From Octopus bimaculoides (taxonomy: Eukaryota), in the NCBI RefSeq assembly GCF_001194135.2, contig NC_068983.1, forward strand, positions 63,545,533 through 63,598,231: a stretch of DNA of 52,699 nt, in the 5' to 3' direction. The first letter of the stretch is position 1. Every line of letters begins with the position of its first letter. Position numbers and translations under genes: made by a program. This document shows, one piece after another, positions 1 to 12,103 of the stretch. The notes beneath the pieces are model-generated. The model was not told the origin of the DNA, searched no databases, and worked only from the letters and a program-made list of their open reading frames with translations.

Positions 1-47
<47 letters not shown>

Positions 48-329
48 ATAAGATGTAGTCTATCAATAACCATACATCACAATTTCAAGTTTCATATCCA
101 ACTAATACTAAGCTAGCAGCACACAATATACATCAAGACACTGTTAAAATATATTAGGTATTTACAGTGCACCAAACTTACGGTTACGATCTATTCATGT
201 TAACAAACTATATTATAGAAACGTAAACGACAAAATCAAATACAAGAAAAAAGAAAAGTCGATGGGTCAAGGGACTTCGAAATGGTTTGGTTCACCAACA
301 TCAAATTGTGAATTACTTGTTTTTATTCA

Positions 330-660
330 TTTATATATTATAGTGCAAGAAATAAGTGGGACCTCGTGAATTGTAATCAGGTGTAATGTAAGGAGACAGT
401 GGATGTAGTTGATTAGGAAGTCGGGTGATAGAGGGGGATAAGTGGAAAGTTATAAAGTGAAAATATAGCGTTTCGGACATAGTGCTTCTTTGGATATACA
501 GAGAAAAGTCAAGGTAAAATGGTACAAGAACAGAGGAAAAGATTAACTTCAATCCATCGTAGCCCGGCGATGGCTTAGTTGGCCGAAACTTTGAAGTAAA
601 TCGCAGTCAATAATATTGTTGCTTAAGAATAATAAATGTGTACTCTACAGAAGCATCAAG
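330..660. mobile_element. Penelope-like element (PLE) pseudo-LTR relics in both orientations
   Basis: Degenerate PLE pLTR motifs: minus strand ccaaagaagcactatgtccgaaacgc (468-493) and plus strand ccggcga-tggc-ttagtt-ggcc-gaaac (564-589). Both resemble CTGAnGA-stem-GAAAC. Confidence 0.4.
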
Positions 661-720
661 TAACCCATCAGATGAATATAAAATTGTTTTTTATTATAAC
701 TGAACATGAAAGGAAACATT

Positions 721-960
721 ATCTTATCTATCTATCTATCTATCTATCGACTGACGTGTTGTCACATCGGCTCCGAAGGTAAACCTTATTTTTGACCATT
801 TATTGCCCACATTTCGTTATCATTTTTGTCCATAAGGTGTGTGAAGCACCCAACTTTCATTTTACTGTATTTCTAAGGCAGGAATTTGCCCCCTATGGGC
901 AGTTTCAGCCCAAATTAAATTTACATATTTAATTCTCGGCATTTAAAAATGTCGAGAAAT
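721..960 (+). repeat. Non-autonomous repeat with (TATC)n near the 5' end and a 3' hairpin (HINE/Helentron-like architecture)
   Basis: (TATC)n at about 724-748; 12-bp stem with one G-T pair, ttctcggcattt-aa-aaatgtcgagaa, at about 933-958. Family assignment rests on architecture only. Confidence 0.3.
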
Positions 961-2360
961 ATTATTGTAGAACGCTGGTCAAATTCGTTCATAGACCAGC
1001 ATTTTCCTAGGTTTGAAACGCTAGGAGAAAAAAAGAATAACTCATGCACACGCATTCACACGAAATCAACTACAGTAATGAAAAATACAAATGAAGTAAA
1101 GACAAGTATTACAGACTTAAAAGTGAATGCTGTCAACGTGATGGATACTGCAACCACGACTGTTAACAGCCCTGTCATCACCACCACCAACACCACCACC
1201 ACGGTTACCACTGCTATCACTACCACCACCACCACCACCACCAAGATTACCACTGCTACCACCACCACCACCAAGATTACCACCACCACCACCACCAGCA
1301 ACAATAGCGATACTGTCGCAAAGCCGTCAAACTGTTTGAAAGAAAAGACCATCAATACAAATAAAACTTCACCTTCTATTGCTAAAACAGACACCTCTGC
1401 CACCAACACTCCCACCAAAAAAAATCCAATTGCGCAGGAGCATTGAAACAAAAAAAAAGACCCTTCTACATTTTACGCCAGAACAAATTAAATAAACCAA
1501 AGCCCTCTTAACTGAAAAAGGATCAAGTCTACACCTAAACATTCCTCAAGATATCATAGAGACCACACAAAAGAGAACAATAATATACAAAATTAAAAAC
1601 GCAAAACACGCAGACCAGAACAAGCACCCGAAGAACTCATAGAAAAATGTTTGCGCCCGATATGGGCTTTCAAAAACTATGTAAACTGGTGGAACTAATA
1701 TGTCACAATACAGGTTCGCTTCGACAGCGAAGAAAAAGCTAAAGAGCTGTCGACACTCACCCTAAAGTCGGAAAAACCAATTTTAATTCCGACCTACCTT
1801 GGTCAACGTGTGACCAAAGTTTCAATCAAGAATGTCCCTCCTGAGGTAGAGTCACAATGGCTTTTGTCCGCCACTTGCTACCGCATGGAGGAGAACATCA
1901 ACATCCTCGAGTTTGCTACTTTGCAACAAGAAAACTGGTCAGGAAAAACGATTCAAGTGTTGTCTAGCGAATGTTTCCAAAGAAGAAGGGTGAATGTAGC
2001 AAGGATAGCACGTATAAATGACGACGCCACTTTGAGCATGATCCTATGAAACGAGAAAAAAAAATTAAGCAGAGTTACTTATTTTTGTAAATAAATTTGT
2101 TAAAATGTAACATTATTGCCCGAGGTTACCTTGGTCTTTTCGTAGGTTTTTCTTTCCACGGATAAACCTCCCCATTTCTTGGGAACTTTTTGTATTATTT
2201 TGATTTATTTTGTATATATTCCAAACGATTTCGATTCCTTTTGATCGTTGTCCCTACTTTTGTTGTTTTTTTTTACTTTGTTTTCGCACCCCTCGAAAAG
2301 AAAAACTCTACATTGTATTTGTCCTATCTGTGTTCAGCCCTGTGTAGCTAATTAAGAAAT
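949..2360 (+). mobile_element. Tx1/L1-like LINE remnant: decayed ORF1-like region fused to an ORF2-like C-terminus plus 3' UTR
   Basis: Broken frame reads IEKCLRPIW..VRFDSEEKAKELSTLTLKSEKPILIPTYLGQRVTKVSIKNVPPEV (RRM-like ORF1 pattern), then VLSSECFQRRRVNVARIARINDDATLSMIL*. A T-rich UTR follows, ending gccctgtgtagctaattaagaaa at a (TC)n array. Thr-rich (ACC)n tract at about 1180-1298. Clade is from recall. Confidence 0.45.
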
Positions 2361-2361
2361 T

Positions 2362-2375
2362 TCTCTCTCTCTCTC

Positions 2376-2437
<62 letters not shown>
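2362..2437. repeat. (TC)n microsatellite
   Basis: Seen directly. Confidence 0.98.
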
Positions 2438-2440
<3 letters not shown>

Positions 2441-3006
2441 CTATCTATCATATGTATGTGTGTTTGTGTGTGCGTATATACATACACACATACACACACA
2501 TGTATATTTGTAAGTGCATGTAAGTACATATCTTGCATGAATCACGTATGCACAGATGTTCATATATTTAAGTAACATTAGTCAATGGAGTTAAGTAGAG
2601 TTGAATGAGATTTATTCAGAGCTGTATGACTAGAAATTTTACGCGTGTACTTCATCTCACATGTAGCCGGCATAGTTAATTTGAGCGTTGCGTAAAATAC
2701 ATTCAACTTTGAATAGATCTTACACACACATATGCCAACACACATATTCTCAAGCACACATGCATATATTGATATGAATATAATAAATAAACCTAGATAA
2801 ACATAGTAATAAAATGTAGTTCATCTAAGTTTGGTATTTAATAAATAAAAGTGCGCAATGATTCAGTTGCCTATTGGAGATACAATTTAATGACTACGGG
2901 AATAAAAGAAACGGCAGCATGGAATTTCAAGTACACTACATGAAGACTTGGACGCCTTGATATTTCGTTATCCTTTCTCTTGCTTAACTAACGACATCAA
3001 TTTGTG

Positions 3007-3044
<38 letters not shown>

Positions 3045-4740
3045 NNNNNNNNNNNNNNNNNNNNNNNNNNNNNNNNNNNNNNNNNNNNNNNNNNNNNNNN
3101 NNNNNNNNNNNNNNNNNNNNNNNNNNNNNNNNNNNNNNNNNNNNNNNNNNNNNNNNNNNNNNNNNNNNNNNNNNNNNNNNNNNNNNNNNNNNNNNNNNNN
3201 NNNNNNNNNNNNNNNNNNNNNNNNNNNNNNNNNNNNNNNNNNNNNNNNNNNNNNNNNNNNNNNNNNNNNNNNNNNNNNNNNNNNNNNNNNNNNNNNNNNN
3301 NNNNNNNNNNNNNNNNNNNNNNNNNNNNNNNNNNNNNNNNNNNNNNNNNNNNNNNNNNNNNNNNNNNNNNNNNNNNNNNNNNNNNNNNNNNNNNNNNNNN
3401 NNNNNNNNNNNNNNNNNNNNNNNNNNNNNNNNNNNNNNNNNNNNNNNNNNNNNNNNNNNNNNNNNNNNNNNNNNNNNNNNNNNNNNNNNNNNNNNNNNNN
3501 NNNNNNNNNNNNNNNNNNNNNNNNNNNNNNNNNNNNNNNNNNNNNNNNNNNNNNNNNNNNNNNNNNNNNNNNNNNNNNNNNNNNNNNNNNNNNNNNNNNN
3601 NNNNNNNNNNNNNNNNNNNNNNNNNNNNNNNNNNNNNNNNNNNNNNNNNNNNNNNNNNNNNNNNNNNNNNNNNNNNNNNNNNNNNNNNNNNNNNNNNNNN
3701 NNNNNNNNNNNNNNNNNNNNNNNNNNNNNNNNNNNNNNNNNNNNNNNNNNNNNNNNNNNNNNNNNNNNNNNNNNNNNNNNNNNNNNNNNNNNNNNNNNNN
3801 NNNNNNNNNNNNNTATATATATATATATATATGCGTGTGTGTGTGCGTAGACATATCCATATACATATCTTATATATGTTTGTATGTAACTGCATGTCTA
3901 CATGTATGTTTAGGGGGTGCATATGTGCATATATATACGTATTTATGTATGTGTATATGTTTGTGCGTATATGTGTGTGCACATGTGTGTGTTTCTGAGT
4001 GCATGGGTACATACGAGTGTATCTGTGCATGTATAGGTGTGTGCTCGCGTGTGTGCGTATGTATGTATGTTTGTATGTATGTATGTATATATATGTATAT
4101 ATATATACATTTTGATAGTAGTAAAATGACCTGATACTACTCTGACCAGTGAAACCTTTATATTCTAATATATTTTATAGCCTTGTCCATGCATACTGCT
4201 TACACCTTCCCTTTCTTTAGAAGTAATTGTCCCTTATGCTATCACCACTAGATAAGAAACAATAAAATCTGAGACAGTTAAAACTTTTGTCTAGAATCAA
4301 TTACTAGCCCGATAGACTCGGCTATGTCAAGATGGATTTATGTATTCTTCCTCACATTTGGATTTTTATGTATCCTCTCTCCCACTTGGATTTGAAATGT
4401 TGCCACATATATAATATGTCTTTTCNNNNNNNNNNNNNNNNNNNNNNNNNNNNNNNNNNNNNNNNNNNNNNNNNNNNNNNNNNNNNNNNNNNNNNNNNNN
4501 NNNNNNNNNNNNNNNNNNNNNNNNNNNNNNNNNNNNNNNNNNNNNNNNNNNNNNNNNNNNNNNNNNNNNNNNNNNNNNNNNNNNNNNNNNNNNNNNNNNN
4601 NNNNNNNNNNNNNNNNNNNNNNNNNNNNNNNNNNNNNNNNNNNNNNNNNNNNNNNNNNNNGTTTCCGAAATATTTTCTAATATTGATTCTTCACATTTTA
4701 CTGGTAGTTTACAGGCGTAAATTTGCGAATATGAAAATAA

Positions 4741-5138
4741 TACTTGTATGTGATGTGTTGTATATTTATGGAATGAAAGCCCATAAAACTCAACAATTTA
4801 GTTGAAAATGGAGAAGTTGTTAAAATATATAAGAGAATTTTAATTCATGCAGTCGATCGTTTCGTACAGAGATATAAAAGTAATGCAAATTCGTGGTTGG
4901 ATTGAATTAAATTAAATTAATTAAATAATTTAATTATATATCAATTGGCTTAATAAATTTAATTCAATTCAATTCAACCATCAATTTGCATTATTTTCAT
5001 ATCTCTCTACAAAACGATCGTCTGCATGAATTAAAATTCTCTTATATATTTTAACAAATTCACTTCTCCATTTTAAACTAAATTGTTGAGTTTTATGAGA
5101 TTTCTTTCCATAAATTCAAAATACATCATATACAAGTA
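4741..5138. mobile_element. Palindromic MITE-like foldback element
   Basis: Arms of about 175 bp (4741-4915 and about 4958-5138) are imperfect reverse complements, e.g. ataaaactcaacaatttagtt vs aactaaattgttgagttttat. Ends TActtgta...tacaagTA are compatible with a TA target duplication. Confidence 0.75.
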
Positions 5139-5483
5139 TATATCTGTATATATATATGATTAAATTTACGTACGCTTGTTCACATGTGTACATAGACATT
5201 AGTTATTTAATACACAAATTCGGAAACAACACGTTTACAAAACCGTTAAAACAAATTTCAACAACTAAATGGCAAACTCCCTGCTGTTACTGTTCCCTAA
5301 ACTGATTGGTTAGTTTCGGCTAATTCCGTAGTCTCATATGCAATTATGTGTTTTAATTAGAGCATTAGAGCTTTGTTTTGGCTCTTATTTTTAGCAATCT
5401 CGGTGTTCTAATAACCTAGTTATATTTAGTGAGAATTACAGTTTTCCTTTTTAATAAAACACTGCATACGGCTGTCTATCGTA

Positions 5484-5558
<75 letters not shown>

Positions 5559-5609
5559 AGAGTCTCAGTTCAAATAAACAAATAGTTAAAAAAACGAATA
5601 AAATAATGA

Positions 5610-5790
5610 ATAAAAGAACGAAATAAAAGGCGAACGCAACGACGTGCACAAGGAATGTATTAGCTTGACTCTCGGTGAAAGAAGAGAGTTTGACGTTTCG
5701 AGCATAGCTCTTCGTCGGAAAGGAGAAAGGGAAAAGTCCAAAGATGGAGAAGAAATCCCCAACGGCACACGTGTAGTCAATAGGGTATAA
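5610..5790 (-). mobile_element. Penelope-like pLTR relic
   Basis: Minus strand contains ttcCGACGA-A-GAGC-tat-GCTC-GAAACGTC, the typical PLE pLTR motif, in a pyrimidine-rich context. Confidence 0.6.
5689..5722 (-). ncRNA. Minimal hammerhead-ribozyme-like motif, probably inactive (U4C core substitution)
   Basis: CcGACGA core, perfect 4-bp stem II (GAGC/GCUC), GAAA, palindromic ACGU, GUC cleavage triplet, short stem I (UUU/AAA). Confidence 0.5.
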
Positions 5791-5799
5791 ATATTGCCA

Positions 5800-5957
5800 T
5801 ACACATACACGCATACATACATACATACATACATACATACATACATACATACATACATACATACATACAAACATACATGCTTACATGCCTACATCCTCAA
5901 ACGTACGCAAACACAAACACACACATACATACAAATATATTTGGATGTATATATGGA

Positions 5958-6020
<63 letters not shown>

Positions 6021-6035
6021 GAGAGAGATAGAGAT

Positions 6036-6066
<31 letters not shown>

Positions 6067-6068
6067 TA
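5800..6068. repeat. Compound microsatellite (CATA)n, (TG)n, (GA)n
   Basis: Seen directly. Confidence 0.95.
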
Positions 6069-7554
6069 GAGAGGGAGAGAGAGTGTGTGTGCGTAAATGT
6101 CGCTTATATCTATTTTATGATAATCCTACCGGCTATTTGAGAAACCAGTGACAGAAAAATCACTACTACACTATGTATCGTTGACAGTGACATTTTGCTG
6201 CTATGCAGCAACTGGACACTTACAACTGAAGAAGCACCGCACGTTGAAATCAAGTGACCTGGCCGCCTCTGCAGCCATGTCATTCGGTTCTCGTCTTTGC
6301 TTTTATCGACGTACTTATATACATGAACCTCCAAATGCGAATATTGCTGTATTCGGCGTTCTAATAATATATCCAGGTTAAGTTATAAAGATTGGCGTTC
6401 GGTACTTATTCTGCATCCATATTTAATACACACACACACGCACACACACAAACACAACACACACACATACACATACACACACAACACACATACTCCCCCC
6501 CCACATATATATATATACATACATAGACATATAAGAAGTGGAGTACTCAAAAACGTGTTGTAGTATATTTAGTTCATGTTAACTAAAGTATCTTGTGACT
6601 TGTGTTTGATTTTGCTGCGATCCTCAGTCGAAAACGATCCAATTTGCTGGTGCTCGTCATTTATTCCCGCTAGTGTAGTAATACTCTATTTTTGGGGTAA
6701 ATTAATTTGTTTTGTTTTTGCACCTTTTTTTTCTGGCAGTTATTTTTGTTTGGTGGTTTTCTATTTATTTTGTTTTGCGCCATTTTCGTTCCTTGTTTTC
6801 TTTTTATAATTAGAGGCTTGTTAAAGTGATCATATTCTTGATTTTCTTTATTTATTACTAAGAATTTTGTGTGTTAATAGAAAAATTTGTTATGAGTTTG
6901 AAGTATGACCGGAACTGTCACTACGGATGTCAATGGTCTGACTTACGCGCCTCTCTGGATGTCTTCATGTAAATTCAATTTTTAGTTGATTGAAATTTCA
7001 GTTCATTATTTTGGAGACACTGTGAATAAATTTTCATTAGCGCAGATTACTATTTTTCTCAGTATTAATATATTTTCAATTCATTTATGTTTTTCATTCG
7101 AGAGTTATCATTTCAAGTATTTTAGCTTTTAATTCACTATATATTCTTTATGTAGAAGAATATCCATTATCAATATTTTAATTTCAGTGTTTTCACATTA
7201 AAGAAAATCTAATAATATTTGTTTTGCTGAGATGTTGGCTATCTTGGAATAAACCATGCTTTACTAAAGACGTCCTACACTATCAGAATACAGCCTGAGT
7301 TGTCACTATGGAAACTGAAAATCAAGCTAACTCACCTGCTTTACTGTCACTATTTAAATTTAATTTTTATTTGATCGAATCTTTGGGATGTTTCTACCTT
7401 GCCTCTTGTGAGGACACATTTTTAAAGTTTATTTTCTTAGGAACGTTATAATTGTGCTAAAAAATTATTTTCGGCTCACTACCTCATTCTTTTAGCTCTC
7501 ACTTTATATAGTATCTTCATACTAAAGGTACATTTGGAAACTTTGAATGTTCAC

Positions 7555-7598
<44 letters not shown>

Positions 7599-8670
7599 GT
7601 GTGCGCGCACACACAATCTCACTCTCACCCCTCTCTCTTTCACTATCTCTTTCACACACACAGACACAGACACACACACGCACACAAACAAACAAACTAA
7701 TCTTATTGATGTTTCTGAGATGTCAGACATCGAATGGAATATACGTTGCTGGAGATGTCCAGGACCACCGAAATATGTTCGGTTTTTCGCCACAGTTAAC
7801 AAGGATCAGAACTACTTGCTTTTATTTTGTTATATTTCCATTCAATCATAGTGTTTGTGCGATTGAAATTTCGAGAGATCACTCGCCGGCCCCTTTTGAG
7901 AATAAATTTTCATTGGTTTCATTGACTATTTTATAATTTTCAATTAATGAAAACTTATTTTTGCTTTACCATATCAAGCACCTTGCGCTGAACTTAACCA
8001 TAGGCTCTTCATGCTGAAGGCAGCCTTGAAAAAATTTCCAATATCGATATTTTAATTGGCTTAATTAGTTAATGCTTGTCAGGCCAAAAACTAATCTTAT
8101 TTGTCATTTTGAGATCTTCACAGCAGCCATTGCGTTAGATTACACTTCCCTACGGAGCTCCGATACAGATCTGAAGTTGCTAGCATGGCTGCCAAATATC
8201 TCACCCACGGTTTGTTTGCATTTAAATATATTATTTCTATTTGATTGAAACTAAAGTTCTCTACATCATCACTTCTAAAAATAAAGAACTTTTAACGCCA
8301 ATTACTATCTTCCTCGTCAGGGTTATATCTTCAATTAATTAGAGTAGCAATGAGATCATGTGTCACTGTTACTTATTCTTTGATGATAGAACATTCAATT
8401 TACCTTGAATTATTAGAATTATTCCGGCAAATTNNNNNNNNNNCATTCAATTTACCTTGAATTATTAGAATTATTCCGGCAAATTTATATCGATTCAGTT
8501 CTGAATTTGGTCAGGCTAGTCAGAGTTACGTCGTGTATTAATTTCTTCCCCACTAAATCTTCGAGAAACTACGATTGGATTTTGGCTTAAAACAAAGAAT
8601 ATGTATTTACATGTGGATTAGACTATTCTTGTCCTGGTCAAGCATACATTGATCTTTGCCTAAAGACACA

Positions 8671-9265
8671 GATTATAATGCTTCTACAATTTCTGAAGCA
8701 TTCCATTTGGAAGAGGAAAAAATAGTATTGGTCACCGTGACATTGTTTTACGTGGAAGTGATCAAGGGTTGCAGGGAATTTTATTGTCGGTAGCTATTGT
8801 AAAGTTGAAACGTGATGGCTCGTATGTTTTCCAAAGAATCAACGGGAACTAAAAGGAAAATGTTACCAAGGCTTCTTAGACTAAATGCAAAGTGACAACC
8901 TAAATGGCTGATTTAGTAGCGATGGTGCTCTTTCATAATGTTTCAGAATGAGATCTGACTTCTAAAAAAGAACAAAACAAAAACTCGATGCTGTTATATA
9001 TAGATTTCGTACATGAGGAACAACTACTCACAAAAGTATTGATTCCTGAGATGAGGAAGATAATCTATATAGTTAGCCAATGCTGAACCTGATCAGTGGA
9101 GACTTTGATAAACTGCTCCAAAGCCATATTTTAATCTAAACAAAGGGAGATGTAGAGCTATTGGAAAATTTAAATATGGTTAATTGACTTAGTAATGGAA
9201 CAAGTATTCAAATAACGTATTTACACAAATTACACGGACACATTATAGTTAGTGATATTGTTACA
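8671..9265 (+). pseudogene. Highly decayed Helitron RepHel fragments
   Basis: DYNASTISEA and HRDIVLRGSDQGLQGI resemble the RYNAPT..EVA / RDIVL..LQRI region. LLQSHILI*TKGDVELLENLNMVN*LSNGTSIQIT resembles the Pif1-type helicase motif LPPHxLxLKxGxxxMLLRNLNxxxGLCNGTRL. Confidence 0.5.
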
Positions 9266-9727
9266 AAAATAGAACAATAGAAAACGTGTCGTTGTATTAG
9301 TAATTAAGCTGAGACATTAAGGCACCAATCTAGCATTAGTCTATCATGCTATTAGCATTCGGAGACATTAGGAAGAAGTCTTCATTGAATTCTTTACAAA
9401 AAAATTTCTATCAAATTGCTTAAAACTTGAAAAAAAACTTATGTGTATCTGTGTAAATGTGTGTGTGTGTGTGTGTGTGTGCGTGCGTGCGCACGCGCTC
9501 GCATGTGTATGTGTGTGTGCGTGCTTGCGTGCATGTATGTGCATGTGAGCATGTGTGTGTGTATCTCTGTCTCCGTCTGTCTGTCTCTCTGTCTACACAC
9601 ACAAACGCGTACACACATACACGCATACACACACAGAAGCATACACACATGCATACACACACACGCACACATACACACACGCACGCACGCATGCACACAC
9701 ACACACACACACTCACACACACACACA

Positions 9728-9776
<49 letters not shown>

Positions 9777-11217
9777 NNNNNNNNNNNNNNNNNNNNNNNN
9801 NNNNNNNNNNNNNNNNNNNNNNNNNNNNNNNNNNNNNNNNNNNNNNNNNNNNNNNNNNNNNNNNNNNNNNNNNNNNNNNNNNNNNNNNNNNNNNNNNNNN
9901 NNNNNNNNNNNNNNNNNNNNNNNNNNNNNNNNNNNNNNNNNNNNNNNNNNNNNNNNNNNNNNNNNNNNNNNNNNNNNNNNNNNNNNNNNNNNNNNNNNNN
10001 NNNNNNNNNNNNNNNNNNNNNNNNNNNNNNNNNNNNNNNNNNNNNNNNNNNNNNNNNNNNNNNNNNNNNNNNNNNNNNNNNNNNNNNNNNNNNNNNNNNN
10101 NNNNNNNNNNNNNNNNNNNNNNNNNNNNNNNNNNNNNNNNNNNNNNNNNNNNNNNNNNNNNNNNNNNNNNNNNNNNNNNNNNNNNNNNNNNNNNNNNNNN
10201 NNNNNNNNNNNNNNNNNNNNNNNNNNNNNNNNNNNNNNNNNNNNNNNNNNNNNNNNNNNNNNNNNNNNNNNNNNNNNNNNNNNNNNNNNNNNNNNNNNNN
10301 NNNNNNNNNNNNNNNNNNNNNNNNNNNNNNNNNNNNNNNNNNNNNNNNNNNNNNNNNNNNNNNNNNNNNNNNNNNNNNNNNNNNNNNNNNNNNNNNNNNN
10401 NNNNNNNNNNNNNNNNNNNNNNNNNNNNNNNNNNNNNNNNNNNNNNNNNNNNNNNNNNNNNNNNNNNNNNNNNNNNNNNNNNNNNNNNNNNNNNNNNNNN
10501 NNNNNNNNNNNNNNNNNNNNNNNNNNNNNNNNNNNNNNNNNNNNNNNNNNNNNNNNNNNNNNNNNNNNNNNNNNNNNNNNNNNNNNNNNNNNNNNNNNNN
10601 NNNNNNNNNNNNNNNNNNNNNNNNNNNNNNNNNNNNNNNNNNNNNNNNNNNNNNNNNNNNNNNNNNNNNNNNNNNNNNNNNNNNNATTTAACAGAAACAA
10701 ACGAAAAGAATAAAACAAAAAGAAAAACACAAAAAACTGAGGTTCCTACACCAAGCAAAGTGAAAAAGAAAATTTTGATGATCTATGTTAGTTTTTAAAA
10801 AATGTTCAATGATGTTGCCTGGGTCGTGCGGCATGGGTGACCATCATTTCATCCTTTTCATTTATTAATAATACATTTTCTAATTCGATTTTTTCTTTTT
10901 TTTCGGCCCCACATATAATGTCCTCTCTTTGTTTAGTCCCTTGAGAATAATAAAAAAAAATTGGTACGTAGCAGGCGGTCAGAGATACTCGTGTCTTTAC
11001 TGGTTTTACTAAGTATAGTGTATACCGAAGTGGGTATTTTAAGGATTATAACATATATGTATCTATATTTATATTTTATATATCAAACCAAAGCGTGTTT
11101 ATTTGTTTAGTTGTCAATTTCTCTTTCTGTCTATTTACGTATGTATTCATATACATATATATGGTGCTATTGAGTTAATCATAGCCTGGGCCGATAATGG
11201 CCGAAACCAATCTACGT

Positions 11218-11325
<108 letters not shown>

Positions 11326-11383
11326 CAGAAAGAGAGGGAGAGAGAGGGAGAGAAAGGGGGAGAGAAAGAGGGGAGAAAGAGAT

Positions 11384-11420
<37 letters not shown>

Positions 11421-11939
11421 TGGACAAGCTAATATATGGACCTTGAAAAACAACTCTATTCTTATATTTACAATCCAGCATTGCATTAACTCAGATCATA
11501 ACCCCGACCAGTTAATAATTATATATAGAGTAATATACGCACATATTCTCACGTTTCAAGCGCAAATTCAACCACGGTGGAAGTTACATTTCGTTTAGAT
11601 TGCTTAGGTATTCAAGATCATTGGATTTCTTATATCGACTTTATTGAAAACATTTCTTATGTACTCAATTGAATTTGGTATATAATAGTCCGTTGACTGA
11701 TTGGTCGATGACAAAAAAGACAAAAAAAAAAAAGAAAAATTCAAATGTATTTGCTTTAAGATTACACGTCTTTATCGAAATCGAAAATATACACACAAAG
11801 ATACTCAAATCCGCAAGCATACATATACAAACACACATATACAAACACCTATGCATATGTAAGTTTGGCTTCAATAAACCTACACCAAATAAGTTATTCG
11901 CAAAAGACAAGAAATGATTAAAAATAAAAATCATGACGA

Positions 11940-12103
11940 AGGTGCAGGAGTATCTGTGTGGTAAGTAGCTTGCATACCAACCACATGGTCCCGGGTTCAG
12001 TCCCACTGCGCGGCACCTTGGGCAAATGTCTTCTACTATAGCCTCGGGCCGACCAAAGCCTTGTGAGTGGATTTGGTAGACGGAAACTGGAAGAAGCCCG
12101 TCA
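11940..12103 (+). mobile_element. tRNA-derived CORE-type SINE (family A); 5' part, rest lost in gap
   Basis: A-box-like tgtgtggtaag, B-box gggttcagtccc, CORE-like accttgggcaaatgtcttc; matches the copies at 21695, 34700, 36183 and 37711. Confidence 0.9.

Noticed and set aside
949-1451. Thr-rich mucin-like ORF and its Val-rich membrane-like antisense ORF
   Set aside because: Both derive from an (ACC)n microsatellite within a LINE-like relic; no signal peptide or splice support
6214-6262. CTGAAGA..GAAA hammerhead-like string with cactt/aagtg pairing
   Set aside because: Stem II is weak, no stem III is possible, and stem I is displaced from the core by 4 nt
7720-7800. QTSNGIYVAGDVQDH, similar to the FAD-binding end of thioredoxin reductase
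   Set aside because: Short match, no convincing splice sites, no other exons of the family seen
8394-8484. 42-bp direct repeat cattcaatttaccttgaattattagaattattccggcaaatt
   Set aside because: Identical copies sit on either side of a 10-N gap; typical unmerged contig overlap
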